DNA from: an uncultured Gemmatimonadales bacterium
Lineage (GTDB): Bacteria; Gemmatimonadota; Gemmatimonadetes; Gemmatimonadales; GWC2-71-9
Direction of reading: 5' to 3'
Length of the DNA stretch: 64,000 nucleotides
Assembly: GCA_963842945.1 (NCBI GenBank)
Contig: CAWJIM010000019.1
Span: forward strand, 480,001-544,000
This document shows, in pieces, positions 9,061 to 19,700 of this stretch. Both the position numbers and the translations under genes were made by a program. The notes below the pieces were generated by a model. It did not search any database. It was not told the origin of the DNA and saw only the letters and a list, made by a program, of their open reading frames with translations. Position 1 is the stretch's first letter. The number at the start of each line of letters is the position of its first letter.

Positions 9061-11103
9061 TTAGAACCATCTGCCGAGCCGGATAAAAAACACTCCGCGT
9101 CCCTGGTCCACGGCGCCATACTCAAACCGAACCGGACCCACCGGCGTATCGGCACCAAGACCGATCCGGACGCCTGCCACCCAACCGCTGTCGCTAATCA
9201 TCGGTCCACCCAGCGCAGATCGCCCCACGGCTAATTCCAGCCGGCCTACCAGCGGACCTCTGATTGGATAGGTCATCAGCGCGTCAAGCATCAGCTCCCG
9301 ATCGCCTCTCCGCTCGCCGATATGAAGCCCGGGAAACCCATCGTCTCCGCCCAAAGGGAACCCGAGCTGGATGGGCAGCTGATCTCCCCAGCCGACTCGA
9401 AGCTGGGGCCGGAAGCGTACCGGTCCAATCTGGCCGTGAACCTCGCCCTGGGCGTGCACGCGGCGGTAGGCTCCGGTCCAGTCGAGAGACGCCTGGGCTA
9501 GTTCTAGTCCCGCACGATTCTCCTTCGAGATCTGAACCGACCCGCCCAGCGTGCTGTGGTCCCGGTCCGGCTCATGCCAGGCATGTCCCAGCAACCCGAG
9601 AGCGGCTTCCCACTCGTGGGGAAAGTCGCGCTCCACTCCGGCAAATCCCACCGCTTCCCGAGTCTTGACTGGGTCCAGCTCGTCTCCATCCGGTGTGAAC
9701 TGACGCACCGACTCTGTGGCCAGTTGCGCAGTAATCGTCGGGCGCATCAGTTGGCGGCCGAGCTGGTAATTACGCCGCAACCCCAGGCTCCATCCTTTGC
9801 GAAACTCGCCCAGGAACAGTGTCGTGCTTCCTTCCAGGGCAAAATTGAAGGTTCGGCGATCAGCAGCGCTGAGCCACATCTGCCCACCGAGCTCACTGTC
9901 ATACGCCAGCCCGAGACCAGCCAACCGACGGGGACTCCGGCGCGCGGAGATATGGAATGAGACGGAGTCCCCAGATCCTCGGGGAGAAAGCCATACGGCC
10001 TGGTAGGCGTCGACCTGCGCGAGATGCCGTACCCGCCCTTTGAGCAGTGACACGTCGAGCGAATCATCGATGCCCAGCCCGAGGAGCCGCTCGAGTGACA
10101 GCCGCTCGGAATCATTCCGGCTATCAAATGAGTAGCTGGTGATCAGTCGGGGCAGCGGCCGAACGGTTTCCGCCGGACCCCGAGGCAGGCAGAGATCTCG
10201 GACGAGCGTGGTTTCCGCGGCCGCGCTGCCCCGCTGAATCAATGCATCGACGTTGTCGGAGGAGAAATTCAGGCTGGTGAACCCCTCTACGGCGGGGCGG
10301 ACCAGCACATCGCCGCGCCGAAGGGTGTCCTGAGCCTGCTGGAACAGAAATCCCAGCAAACGATCAGCTAGGACAATCGGCGAATAGAGATCGAGGGAAT
10401 CGGCCAGACGCTCAGTGGCATCGGAAACAATGACGCGTTGAGCTCCAGCGTCGCGGGCAACGGTAATCGGAATATTGGCCGCCAGCCCCCCGTCAGTGAG
10501 TATCCGACCATTCAGAGACTCGGGTGTGAAGATCAGCGGAACGGCAAAGCTTGCCCTGACCGCTCGCGCCAGATCGCCGGAGCTCAGGACCACCACCGAG
10601 CGGTTGCTGAGATCGGTGGCAACCGCACGGAATGGGATAGGTAATGAATCGAAGTTGCCCCGGGCCAGCAGATTGCCGCGCAGCATGGCACCGTTGACCA
10701 GGGCGTTGACTTCGCTTTCGGCTACTGAGGCACTCTGCAGGTTGAAGCCCCGGTCGCCCTGTTCCCATAGGAGCAGCGGCTGCACTGGTCCCCAGGACCG
10801 GGGGCCACGGGGTTGGTAGGTGCGGAAAAGGTCGGAGATGGGTAGCGATCGCGCCAACGAGTCGATCTCACGGCCGGTGTAGCCGCTGGCATACATCCCG
10901 CCGATGATCGCCCCCATGCTGCTGCCCACGACCAGGTCGGGGCGGATCCCCAGGCTGTCGAGAATCCGGAGGACACCGATGTGAGCCAAACCCTTGGCTC
11001 CGCCGCCGGAGAGCACCAGTGCCGTTGGCCGCGGAGGGCAGGACTGAGCGAGTGCCGGCCCGGCGAGAACACAGAGGGCACAAAGAACCATCAGCGCGAG
11101 CAT
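9061..11103 (-). CDS. Patatin-like phospholipase with C-terminal beta-barrel (PlpD-like)
   Basis: Signal peptide, GGGAKG, GSSMG, DGG motifs; amphipathic C-terminal strands ending in Phe. Confidence 0.8.
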   Translation of the reverse strand: MLALMVLCALCVLAGPALAQSCPPRPTALVLSGGGAKGLAHIGVLRILDSLGIRPDLVVGSSMGAIIGGMYASGYTGREIDSLARSLPISDLFRTYQPRGPRSWGPVQPLLLWEQGDRGFNLQSASVAESEVNALVNGAMLRGNLLARGNFDSLPIPFRAVATDLSNRSVVVLSSGDLARAVRASFAVPLIFTPESLNGRILTDGGLAANIPITVARDAGAQRVIVSDATERLADSLDLYSPIVLADRLLGFLFQQAQDTLRRGDVLVRPAVEGFTSLNFSSDNVDALIQRGSAAAETTLVRDLCLPRGPAETVRPLPRLITSYSFDSRNDSERLSLERLLGLGIDDSLDVSLLKGRVRHLAQVDAYQAVWLSPRGSGDSVSFHISARRSPRRLAGLGLAYDSELGGQMWLSAADRRTFNFALEGSTTLFLGEFRKGWSLGLRRNYQLGRQLMRPTITAQLATESVRQFTPDGDELDPVKTREAVGFAGVERDFPHEWEAALGLLGHAWHEPDRDHSTLGGSVQISKENRAGLELAQASLDWTGAYRRVHAQGEVHGQIGPVRFRPQLRVGWGDQLPIQLGFPLGGDDGFPGLHIGERRGDRELMLDALMTYPIRGPLVGRLELAVGRSALGGPMISDSGWVAGVRIGLGADTPVGPVRFEYGAVDQGRGVFFIRLGRWF

Positions 11104-11209
11104 TCGTCAGCAAATTGAGGACGTCTGCGCCCCTTGCGCGGCCAAACCAGCTTTCGTATAACTTTGCGATGCCGTGGCCGCATTGGCATCCTTTTCGGGG
11201 AGCCGCAGG

Positions 11210-11473
11210 ATGACTTACGTGATTGTCGAAACATGCATCGGGGTGAAGGATCGGGCCTGCGTGGATGTATGCCCGGTAGACTGCATCTATGAGGGAGAGG
11301 ATCAGCTCTACATTCACCCAGATGAGTGTATCGACTGCGGTGCTTGTGAGCCGGAGTGCCCGGTAACCGCGATCTTCCCTGAGGAGGATGTTCCGCCGCA
11401 GTCCACTTCCTATATCGAAAAGAATAAGGAAGTCTTCAACAGCGAGACCCCGCCGGGCAGACCCCAGAGATAG
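11210..11473 (+). CDS. Ferredoxin, 7Fe/8Fe type
   Basis: [18 protein letters not shown] and [17 protein letters not shown]-like RBS upstream. Confidence 0.93.
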   Translation: MTYVIVETCIGVKDRACVDVCPVDCIYEGEDQLYIHPDECIDCGACEPECPVTAIFPEEDVPPQSTSYIEKNKEVFNSETPPGRPQR

Positions 11474-11489
11474 CCGCGGTTTCCAGCCG

Positions 11490-11587
11490 AAAAGAAAGGA
11501 GCCCCGGGATCGTACTGCTTGGCCGCGACCCCGGAGCCTGGTAAGGAAGGACATCAAAACGACGGCTGATAGCTAAATGCCGCCGCC
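11490..11587 (-). ncRNA. Candidate small regulatory RNA
   Basis: ECF-type promoter upstream; 5' hairpin; single-stranded UCCUUCCUUA; 13-bp G-U-containing stem plus U-rich tail. Confidence 0.6.
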
Positions 11588-11593
11588 ATAGGT

Positions 11594-11623
11594 TTAGACG
11601 CACAAGCCCCCCGAAAGGTTTCA
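11594..11623 (-). promoter_or_regulatory. ECF/sigmaE-type promoter
   Basis: Minus strand TGAAAC-N17-CGTCTAA, equivalent to GAAACCT-N16-GTCTAA. Confidence 0.6.
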
Positions 11624-12829
11624 TCCCAGCCCCCCGACAAATTCCGCCAGCCGCCTCGAGACCTCATCCGGCTGCTCGAGCGGCGACAGATGGCCGGCTC
11701 CGGCAATGACGGCGAACTGAGCGCCTGGAATCGCGCGAGCCATGGCCTCGGCCTGTGCCGGAGGACTGAGGGTATCCGCCTCTCCAACCAGGATCAGGGT
11801 CGGAATGTCGGCCAGGGTGGAAAGGAGAGATTCGCTGTCCGGCCTGTCCCGCATAGCTGCCAGCGCACCGACGATGCCGGCAACCGGTGTCCGGAGAATC
11901 ATCTGACGAACGCCCTCTACGATGTCGGGGTGTTGAGCCAGGGTAGAAGGCGCCAGGAGCTTGGGCAACATCGTCTCGGCGATGACCGAGGCACCCCCAT
12001 CGCGGGCACTGGCGGCGGAGGCGTCGCGCGCCCGGCGCGCCTCGGCGGTATCCGCTCCTGCTCGTGTGTCCATGAGCACCAATCCCCGAACCCGCGAGCG
12101 CCAGTGACGGAGAAACTCGAAGGCGATGTATCCTCCCATCGACAACCCGCAGAGCACCACGTTCTCAATATCCAGCGCGTCGAGGAGACCAGCCAGATCG
12201 GTGGCGTAGATCTTCATGCTGTAGCCGAGGTCTGGAGCGTCGGATTGCCCCATGCCGCGGAGGTCAGGTGCAATCCGGCAGTAGCCTTCCAGCGAATCGA
12301 CTTGGGCCCGCCACATCGTACGGTCGAGCGGATATCCATGCACGAAGAGCACCGCGGGACCGTCGCCGCGGACTTCCACTGCCAGATTGACGCCGTGCAC
12401 CATCAGGCGCTGAGTGTTATCGCTGGGGTCGCGGGGAGGATGCATGTAGCTGGTGAACTCGGGGGGGACGGGGATGGGCCTGCCCTCCCGATCGATGCAG
12501 ACAAACACGAACTCCGCACTGGCAATGAGGGTCTCGTCGCGAACTCGGCGAGCAGTCTGGCGCATGGTGAAGCTGGTACGACCGTGATGAGTCAGCGCCT
12601 GCTGGAAGCGCAGGACGTCCCCCGGGAAGGCCGCGGCCCGATAGTCAATGACGGTCTTCCGCAGTGCCGGCCAAGCCGCCGCTCGAGTGAATACATCCAT
12701 CCCCGGCCCCCGGTGCAGCATTTCCCAGCGGGCCCGCTCGAACAGGCTAAGGAAAGAGGCCTGATTGAGATGACCAAAGGCATCGCATTCGTCGGGGTAG
12801 ACGACGAGATCGATCTCGGGTAGTGGCAC
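11621..12829 (-). CDS. Hotdog thioesterase + alpha/beta hydrolase fusion
   Basis: N-terminal ECDAFGHLNQASFL (4HBT-like); C-terminal HGYP, DLRGMG, GLSMGG, GAGH. Confidence 0.85.
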   Translation of the reverse strand: MPLPEIDLVVYPDECDAFGHLNQASFLSLFERARWEMLHRGPGMDVFTRAAAWPALRKTVIDYRAAAFPGDVLRFQQALTHHGRTSFTMRQTARRVRDETLIASAEFVFVCIDREGRPIPVPPEFTSYMHPPRDPSDNTQRLMVHGVNLAVEVRGDGPAVLFVHGYPLDRTMWRAQVDSLEGYCRIAPDLRGMGQSDAPDLGYSMKIYATDLAGLLDALDIENVVLCGLSMGGYIAFEFLRHWRSRVRGLVLMDTRAGADTAEARRARDASAASARDGGASVIAETMLPKLLAPSTLAQHPDIVEGVRQMILRTPVAGIVGALAAMRDRPDSESLLSTLADIPTLILVGEADTLSPPAQAEAMARAIPGAQFAVIAGAGHLSPLEQPDEVSRRLAEFVGGLG

Positions 12830-12955
12830 CTGTCAAAGATGGGACGGAGGGGCGGGGCGGGAAAGGCGGGGGCCTCTCCGCACGTGGTATCTTGGGTGAA
12901 GAGCGATGCTCCTAATTTACCGATTTGTCTCTTGTCCCCGACCTCGACGCACACT

Positions 12956-13126
12956 ATGAAGCCACCGACCGACTACATCCGTCACGCCGCCCGGCTCGCT
13001 CGCAAGCTCCAGATGGACAGTGCCATGGGCGGTACCCCGCAGCCGGACGCGGAGTTCTTCAAGGCACTCTCCAAGGCGTTCGATGAGATTGCCGCAGGTC
13101 TCGAGATGGTGGCCCGCCCCGATTGA
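12956..13126 (+). CDS. Small helical hypothetical protein (56 aa)
   Basis: MKPPTDYIRHAARLARKL...; GC3-rich codons; lies directly upstream of rnd. Confidence 0.55.
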   Translation: MKPPTDYIRHAARLARKLQMDSAMGGTPQPDAEFFKALSKAFDEIAAGLEMVARPD

Positions 13127-14337
13127 ATGTGGTTGCGCCGGGGTTGGGCTCGAAGCCACCTTTCGGCGTGAACGTCCAGGCCGGTCCTCAATTTCAGGCG
13201 GATCGAGTTCGGCTGGTCCAGAGTCAGCCCGAGCTGGACAGCCTGCTGCAGCAACTCAGCCAGGAGCCCCTTCTGGCCGTGGACACCGAAGCCGCGAGCT
13301 TTCATCGGTTTCGCGACCGGGTCTATCTCCTTCAGCTCTCATCCCGCCGGGAAACCGCCATAGTCGATCCCCTAGCGGTATCGAACCTGGACGCATTCGG
13401 TGCGGTGCTGGCCGATCCTGCCATCGAAATTGTTTTTCACGACGCCGATTACGACCTCAGATTGCTGGGCCAGGAGTACGGCTTTCGTGCCACCAATCTG
13501 TTCGATACCCGCATTGCCGCGCAGTTGCTGAACGAGCCGGGAGTGGGCCTCGCTGCATTGCTGGAGAAGTATCTGGGGGTGCGTCTGGACAAGCGGTACC
13601 AACGGGCCGACTGGTCCGCTCGGCCCCTCACCCGTGAAATGCTGGACTATGCCGCCTCAGATACCAGGCATCTTCCGCTGCTGCGCGACATACTCCGCTC
13701 GCAACTCAGCGAGCGAGGCAGGCTCGAGTGGGCCCAAGAGGAGTTCGCACTACTCAGCAGTAACCCACGCACCGCTGCGGAGCCTGATGAGCCGGGCTAT
13801 CTCCGGCTCAAAGGAGCCAAAGCGCTCAAGGGAAGAGCGTTGGCGGTGCTGCGCGAGCTGCACCAGTGGCGGGAGAACGAGGCACGCCAGACCGACAGAG
13901 CAGCGTTTCGGATCATGAACAACGAGCCGATGCTGCTGATGGCAAAGTCTCCGCCCCGCGACCTGGATGAGCTGAAGGCGATCCGAGGGGTTGGGGCAGA
14001 ACAGGCTGTGCGTCGGGGGCGGGAGATTTTGGCCGCGATTCAGAGAGGGCTCAGCGTTCCCGAACGGGACCTTCCTCGACTCGAGCGGTCGCGTCGCCCG
14101 CCTCCGGACGCTGCCTTCGACGCACGGCTGGAGCGATTGAAGAATGTCCGGAATACACTAGCCGCGAGTTACGACCTGCCATCCGGGATCCTCTGCCCCA
14201 ACGGAACGCTGGAGGCGATCGCCCGACTAAATCCCACCGCCCTCGAGCAGATGTCAGAGATTGGGGAGCTGCGCCGCTGGCAATGGAAAGAATTCGGGAG
14301 CAGCCTGCTTGCGGCCCTGAAGCAGCCCGCGGCCTAG
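13123..14337 (+). CDS. rnd: Ribonuclease D with HRDC domains (true start may be GTG near 13168)
   Basis: AVDTEA, FHDADYD, FDTRIAA, DWSARPL, YAASDT; WRENEAR HRDC segment. Confidence 0.9.
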   Translation: MNVVAPGLGSKPPFGVNVQAGPQFQADRVRLVQSQPELDSLLQQLSQEPLLAVDTEAASFHRFRDRVYLLQLSSRRETAIVDPLAVSNLDAFGAVLADPAIEIVFHDADYDLRLLGQEYGFRATNLFDTRIAAQLLNEPGVGLAALLEKYLGVRLDKRYQRADWSARPLTREMLDYAASDTRHLPLLRDILRSQLSERGRLEWAQEEFALLSSNPRTAAEPDEPGYLRLKGAKALKGRALAVLRELHQWRENEARQTDRAAFRIMNNEPMLLMAKSPPRDLDELKAIRGVGAEQAVRRGREILAAIQRGLSVPERDLPRLERSRRPPPDAAFDARLERLKNVRNTLAASYDLPSGILCPNGTLEAIARLNPTALEQMSEIGELRRWQWKEFGSSLLAALKQPAA

Positions 14338-14364
14338 AAGGAGGAGGCTAGAGTCCCGTCAGAT

Positions 14365-14664
14365 TCAAAATCCCAGGAAGGTTCGCACCCGGGGGTCCAT
14401 CTTTTCCGGCGTCCAGTAGGGCTCCCAGACCAGCTCCACATCGACCGACCGAACTCCCTCCATGTCGCCAACGACGCGCTTTACGTCAGCAATGATCTCC
14501 GCGCCGGCGGGACAGCCGGGTGAGGTGAGCGTCATCTCGATCCGTACATCCCCGGCGTCGTTGATCTCCACGTCATACACCAAACCGATGTCGATGATGT
14601 TGAGGTTCAGCTCCGGATCCTTGACTGCCCGGATGGCCTTTCGGATGGCTTCGATGGTAGGCAT
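14365..14664 (-). CDS. SufT/DUF59 metal-sulfur cluster assembly factor
   Basis: VKDPELNLNIIDIGLVY, MTLTSPGCP, LVWEPYW. Confidence 0.9.
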   Translation of the reverse strand: MPTIEAIRKAIRAVKDPELNLNIIDIGLVYDVEINDAGDVRIEMTLTSPGCPAGAEIIADVKRVVGDMEGVRSVDVELVWEPYWTPEKMDPRVRTFLGF

Positions 14665-14686
14665 AAGGGAAAGATAACCGCGATGT

Positions 14687-15853
14687 TCAGCACTGCGCGA
14701 CGAGCTCTTGCTGACAGCCGTGAGGGACCAGTCGAATGGCTGCGTCCGACAATTCCACCCGAACGGTGCGTAATCGGTGCATCGAGTCGCGCACCCTGGG
14801 GTCGAAAGTCCGGTTAGTCAGGAAGACCAGAAACAGATCACGGGCGGGGTCGATCCAGATCTCGGTGCCGGTGAAGCCGGTATGCCCGTAGGCAGCGTCG
14901 CTGATCAACGTTCCGAACAGACTCGGCTCGTCCAGGTTCTGTTCCGGAGTGTCCCATCCCAGCAGGCGGGGACCGCTGTTCGGGCCCCGGGTCAGGAACC
15001 GGCGAACAGTGGCGGCACTCACCCACTGTCCATTGGGACCGCTGCCGGAGCTCAGCCACACCTGGGCATACCGCGCCAGGTCCAGACCGGTCGAGAAGAT
15101 CCCGGCGTGACCCGCCGCGCCACCCAGAATAGCCGCGTTGGGATCGTTGACCTGACCCTGCACCGGTTGGCCCCGCCACACCGCGCTCGGCACGGTGCGG
15201 CGTCGCAACACGGCCGATGGATGATACGTCGTCTGCTGCAGGTCGAGAGGCTCGAACACCTCCCGGGCGACGAAGCGATCCAGGGACATGCCCGACACCG
15301 CCTCCACCAGAAGCCCCAGGAAGATCGCATTGAGATCGCTGTAAACCGGGAGATCGCCGGGCCGGCGGACGGGTCGCTCGCCATACAAGAGATCGATCGC
15401 TTGTGCGCGAGAACGCGCCTGCTTGAACAGAGGGGCATAGCTCCGGAGCCCGCTGGTATGGTCCAGGAGCATCCGGACGGTCACCTGATCCTTTAAACCT
15501 CCCGCGAAACGAGGGAGGTACCGGCGCACTGGAGCATCGAGACTGACATGGCCGGCATCCACCAGCCGCATGACAGCACTCGCGGTGCCCATCACCTTGG
15601 AAATGGACGCGATGTCCCAGAGAGTGGAGTCAGGAGACGGAACTGGAGACTTCGGGCTCCAGGTGAAGTGCCCGTATCCACGGGCGTAAATGATCGAGTC
15701 GCTCCGGCCGATGACCACGACGGCACCCGGGTATACACCAGACCCGATGCCTTGTTCGACTGCCTGGTCGATCTCGGTGAATGACTGGGCCTGGACCGGT
15801 ATGGCACTCGCCGGCAGCAAGACCGCAGTCAGAATGGCAATACCGAGTCTCAC
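14687..15853 (-). CDS. Secreted serine hydrolase, beta-lactamase/AmpC-like family
   Basis: Signal peptide, ASISK (SxxK), LLDHTSGL, YSD, GHTGFTG. Confidence 0.85.
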   Translation of the reverse strand: MRLGIAILTAVLLPASAIPVQAQSFTEIDQAVEQGIGSGVYPGAVVVIGRSDSIIYARGYGHFTWSPKSPVPSPDSTLWDIASISKVMGTASAVMRLVDAGHVSLDAPVRRYLPRFAGGLKDQVTVRMLLDHTSGLRSYAPLFKQARSRAQAIDLLYGERPVRRPGDLPVYSDLNAIFLGLLVEAVSGMSLDRFVAREVFEPLDLQQTTYHPSAVLRRRTVPSAVWRGQPVQGQVNDPNAAILGGAAGHAGIFSTGLDLARYAQVWLSSGSGPNGQWVSAATVRRFLTRGPNSGPRLLGWDTPEQNLDEPSLFGTLISDAAYGHTGFTGTEIWIDPARDLFLVFLTNRTFDPRVRDSMHRLRTVRVELSDAAIRLVPHGCQQELVAQC

Positions 15854-16668
15854 GGAGCCCCCCCGCCATCACGCACTGGACCGGGCGGAAGTTGATAGAG
15901 CACCTGTACCGTGCGCCGGTCACGATCCGACAGGGCGCCGGTTTGAGTGGCGGGAAACATCACGTCATTGGTGTCAGGAGAGTGCGGAAGGCCTATGGCA
16001 TGTCCGACTTCGTGCACCGCTACGGTGAGCAAGGCCGGATCGGGCAGGGGAATTCCGGTATTGGTGCGCAGAGCCAGCAGGATGGCGGCCTTCCGCACTC
16101 GGCCCGCCTGGTCCCAGGTCAGGTCGGTTTGGCCGGCACGGTCGAAGTCGAAGTGATCGATCCAGTGAACCAGGATATCGGCGGCCAGCGTATCTGCCGT
16201 GGGAGCAAAGACCACCCCGGCTCCAGCACCCTCCCACTTGTCGAGGGCCTCGCGCACATACCCGGCCATGCGCGGCTGATATATGGCAGGACCACCCTCG
16301 ACAATAGCGACTCTGAGCGGAGTGCCGCTCCGTTCGGGCCACCGCCGGATCACCGAGTCGGTGCTGCTGATCAGAGAATCCAAGTAGGTCAGACCGGCCG
16401 AGCGACTGAGCTGCTGCCGGGCAGCCAGCCTCGCCAGTCGATCTATCGTCGGCGTCGTCGGGGCAACGGCTGGTGCCGGACTGGCGGGGGTGGCTCCGGT
16501 GGAGCTTTCGGAGCTAGGGCTGGCACGCAGCGTAACGGTGGCAGACCGGGTATCACTCGGCCCCTGCACGACGGTCTGCTTCCGGTTGCCCAGGGCGTGC
16601 GACAGCCGGTCCGCCACAACCATGGCAAACAGCCCGAGTGTGATCAGGGGGAGGACCGCACGTCTCAT
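15850..16668 (-). CDS. Matrixin (M10)-family metalloprotease
   Basis: HEVGHAIGLPHS...VMFP metzincin motif; N-terminal membrane/signal segment. Confidence 0.85.
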   Translation of the reverse strand: MRRAVLPLITLGLFAMVVADRLSHALGNRKQTVVQGPSDTRSATVTLRASPSSESSTGATPASPAPAVAPTTPTIDRLARLAARQQLSRSAGLTYLDSLISSTDSVIRRWPERSGTPLRVAIVEGGPAIYQPRMAGYVREALDKWEGAGAGVVFAPTADTLAADILVHWIDHFDFDRAGQTDLTWDQAGRVRKAAILLALRTNTGIPLPDPALLTVAVHEVGHAIGLPHSPDTNDVMFPATQTGALSDRDRRTVQVLYQLPPGPVRDGGGAP

Positions 16669-16810
16669 ATGCCTCCAGAACGGGCGCCGGCGGGACTACA
16701 AGGCCCATGATGAGAAGGGGAAACCCCTTCGGATCGGTCCGGCAGAGCTACTGATGGTCTAACGGCTGTGTGTTTGAGGAACGCCCTGATGCAAATTCCG
16801 AGCGCGGCGG

Positions 16811-19669
16811 CTACCGCTTGGCCTCCAGCCAGTTTGGGCCCACTCCGATGTCCACCACCAGGGGAACTCTCAGCTGAACAACGTTTTCCATATGCTCCCG
16901 GACCAGCTGAGTCATGGCCTCGACTTCACTCGGGGGTACCTCGAACACCAATTCGTCATGTACCTGCAACAACATGCGTCCCGCCAGTCCCCGTTCCCGG
17001 ATGGCACGGTGGATTCCCACCATGGCCAGCTTGATCAGGTCCGCGGCCGAGCCCTGGAGAGGAGAGTTCTGGGCGTTGCGCTCACCGTACGAGCGCAGGC
17101 TGAAGTTCCGCTCCTTGATCTCCGGAATGTATCGGCGACGCTTGAAGAGCGTCTCCACATAACCCTGCTGGCGGGCAAGCTCGATCTGGCGGTCCAGGAA
17201 TGACCGGACACCGGAGAAGCGCTCGAAGTACCGAGCGATAAAGCCTCGGGCATCCTCCAACGAGATCCCGAGCTGCCGACTCAAGGCGAAGGCACCCTGC
17301 CCATAGATGGTGGCGAAGTTGATGGTCTTGGCCCGGGCTCGCATATCCGCGGTGACCTGGTCAGGCTGGACATTGAAGATCAGAGCAGCAGTCTGGCGGT
17401 GAATGTCGCCTCCCTGGCGAAAAGCCTCAATGAACGCGGCATCGCCGGAGAGGTGGGCCATGATGCGAAGCTCGATCTGCGAGTAGTCTGCCACGAGGAA
17501 GGCCCACCCCTCCCGGGGGACAAAGCCCGCGCGTATGGCTTCGCCCCGCGGGGTGCGGACCGGGATGTTCTGCAGATTAGGCTCGGCCGAGCTCAGCCGG
17601 CCGGTGGCGGCGCCCGCCTGATTGAAGCTGGTGTGGATTCGGCCGGTGTTCCGATTGATTCGGGTGGGCAGGGTGTCGATGTAGGTGTTCTTCAGCTTCT
17701 GAAGCTCACGGTACTCCAGGATGAGCCGGGGAAGCTCGTGCCCTATGGCCGCGAGCTGTTCCAGGACGTCGGCATCAGTGGACGGTCCGGTTTTGGTTTT
17801 CTTCAAGACCGGCAGCTGCAGACGCTCGAACAGCACGCTGGCCAGCTGGCGTGGCGAGTTGAGATTGACCTCGGTTCCCGCCGCCCGCGCAATCTCCTGC
17901 TCCAGCCGGCGCAGGTCCCCGCCCAACTCCTGGCCCAGCTTTCTGAACAGCGCCTGGTCGATGGTAATACCCTCCCATTCCATATCGACCAGCACCTCGA
18001 GCAGCGGCAACTCGATCTCCTGCAGCAGCGGCTCCAGGGCGGTCTCCTGAAGCATCGGCTCGAAGAATCGGTGGAGCGAAAGGACGGTGGCACTGTCGGT
18101 ACCGCAGTAATTGGCGGCCTGGGGAATCGCCACCTCGGCAAAGGGGATTTCGGATTTTCCTTTGCCCGTAAGCTCCGGATACGTCTGCAGGGCTCGACCC
18201 AGGTGCTCGAGACAGAGGGTATCGATGGTATGGGACCGGCGACCGGGATCGAGGACGAAGCTCGCCAGCATAGAGTCGTAGACCACCCCCGCCAGCTCCA
18301 CGCCTGCCGCCCGCAACACCTGCCAGTCGTACTTGATATCGTGACCCGCTTTGGGCACAGACGAATCGGTCAGCAGAGCGAGCAATGGAGCGGCCGCTAA
18401 GTCAGTCAGCGGAGGAAGATTTCGGACTGCATCCGGTGCAGCGAGCTCACCTCCGGCGGCCCGATGGCCGAAGGGCAGATACCAGACCTCCTCTGGACTG
18501 ATGGCCAGAGAGAGGCCGACGATCTCGGCATCGTGGGGTTCCCGGCCCCCGGCTTCGACATCGATTCCCACGAGAGATGCGCGCGCGCAGACGCTCGACC
18601 AGCGCCGGCAGATCGTCGGGATTGTCCAGGATGGTGACGGTAGGGAGCTGACGGGCTGGAAAGATCGGACAGACTGAGCCAGGAGTCGGCCGAGAAATCG
18701 ACCTCACCGGCCTTCCCGTTCTCGGTTTCGGCTGTGTCGCCGACGCCGGCTTCCTGCGGTGCCGCGGAGTCGGTCAGCCGCCGAACCAGGGTGTAAAACT
18801 CGAGCTCGGTGAGCATCCGAATGACGGCCTCGCGGTCCGGCTCGCGCAGCACGAACTCGCTCACGTCCAGCTCGACCGGAACATCGCGCTTGATGGTCAC
18901 CAGCTCCCGGGAGAGTCGGGCGTTCTCCGCCTGAGCTCAGGAGCGCTTCCCGGGGCCGCTTGGCGGAGACTTCACCGGCCCGGGCCAGCATAGTCTCCAG
19001 ATCGCCGAACTCCGCCAGGAGCTTCTGAGCGCCCTTTTCACCGATCCCTTTCACGCCTGGAATGTTGTCCGACGAATCGCCCACCAGAGCCAGGAAGTCC
19101 ACTACCTGGCGGGGCGGCACACCCAGTCGGTCGGTGGCATTGGATTCATCCACCCAAACCTCGTCCACTGCCGCGGGCCCGCCCCGGCCCGGGTTCAGCA
19201 GGGCAATGCCTGGCCCGACCAGCTGATAGAAGTCCTTGTCTCCGGAGACGATGACGGCCTGAATCCCCCGCTCAGAGGCGGCCTGGGCCAGAGTTCCGAT
19301 TACGTCATCGGCCTCGTAGCCGCGGATGGCCACGAGCGGGATGCCGAAGGCCTCGAGCAGATCGCAGATTCGCTCGACCGAGCGATCGAAGTCCGCTTGC
19401 AGCTCCTGATCCAACTTTTCGCGAGTGGATTTGTAGTCGGCGTATCGCTGTTCCCGAAATGAGGTGCCGGCATCGTTGATCCAGACGACGTAGTCGGGAC
19501 GATACTTCTCGCGCAGGCGGAGCAGGAAATTCACCACCCCCCAGGCGGCCGACGTGTTTTCTCCCTTGGCAGTTCGAAGCGGCCGGGAGATCATCGCGTA
19601 AAAGGCGCGATAAATGAGGGCGTAGCCGTCGATGAGGAAAAGCTGCGGGGGTTGGTGATTGGGGGACAT
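16811..19669 (-). CDS. polA: DNA polymerase I (apparent frameshifts near 18935 and 18580-18680)
   Basis: LIDGYALIYRAFYA and GYEADDVIG 5' nuclease; TGRLSS.EPNLQNIP, DYSQIELR, KTINFATIYG, LQVHDEL. Confidence 0.95.
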
Positions 19670-19700
19670 GCAGGAAAAATAAGCGCGGGCGGCTCCGCGC

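Noticed and set aside
16705..16735. ATGATGA-hairpin-GGAT resembling a hammerhead ribozyme core
   Set aside because: The required CUGANGA and GAAA core nucleotides are not matched; only a short hairpin remains.
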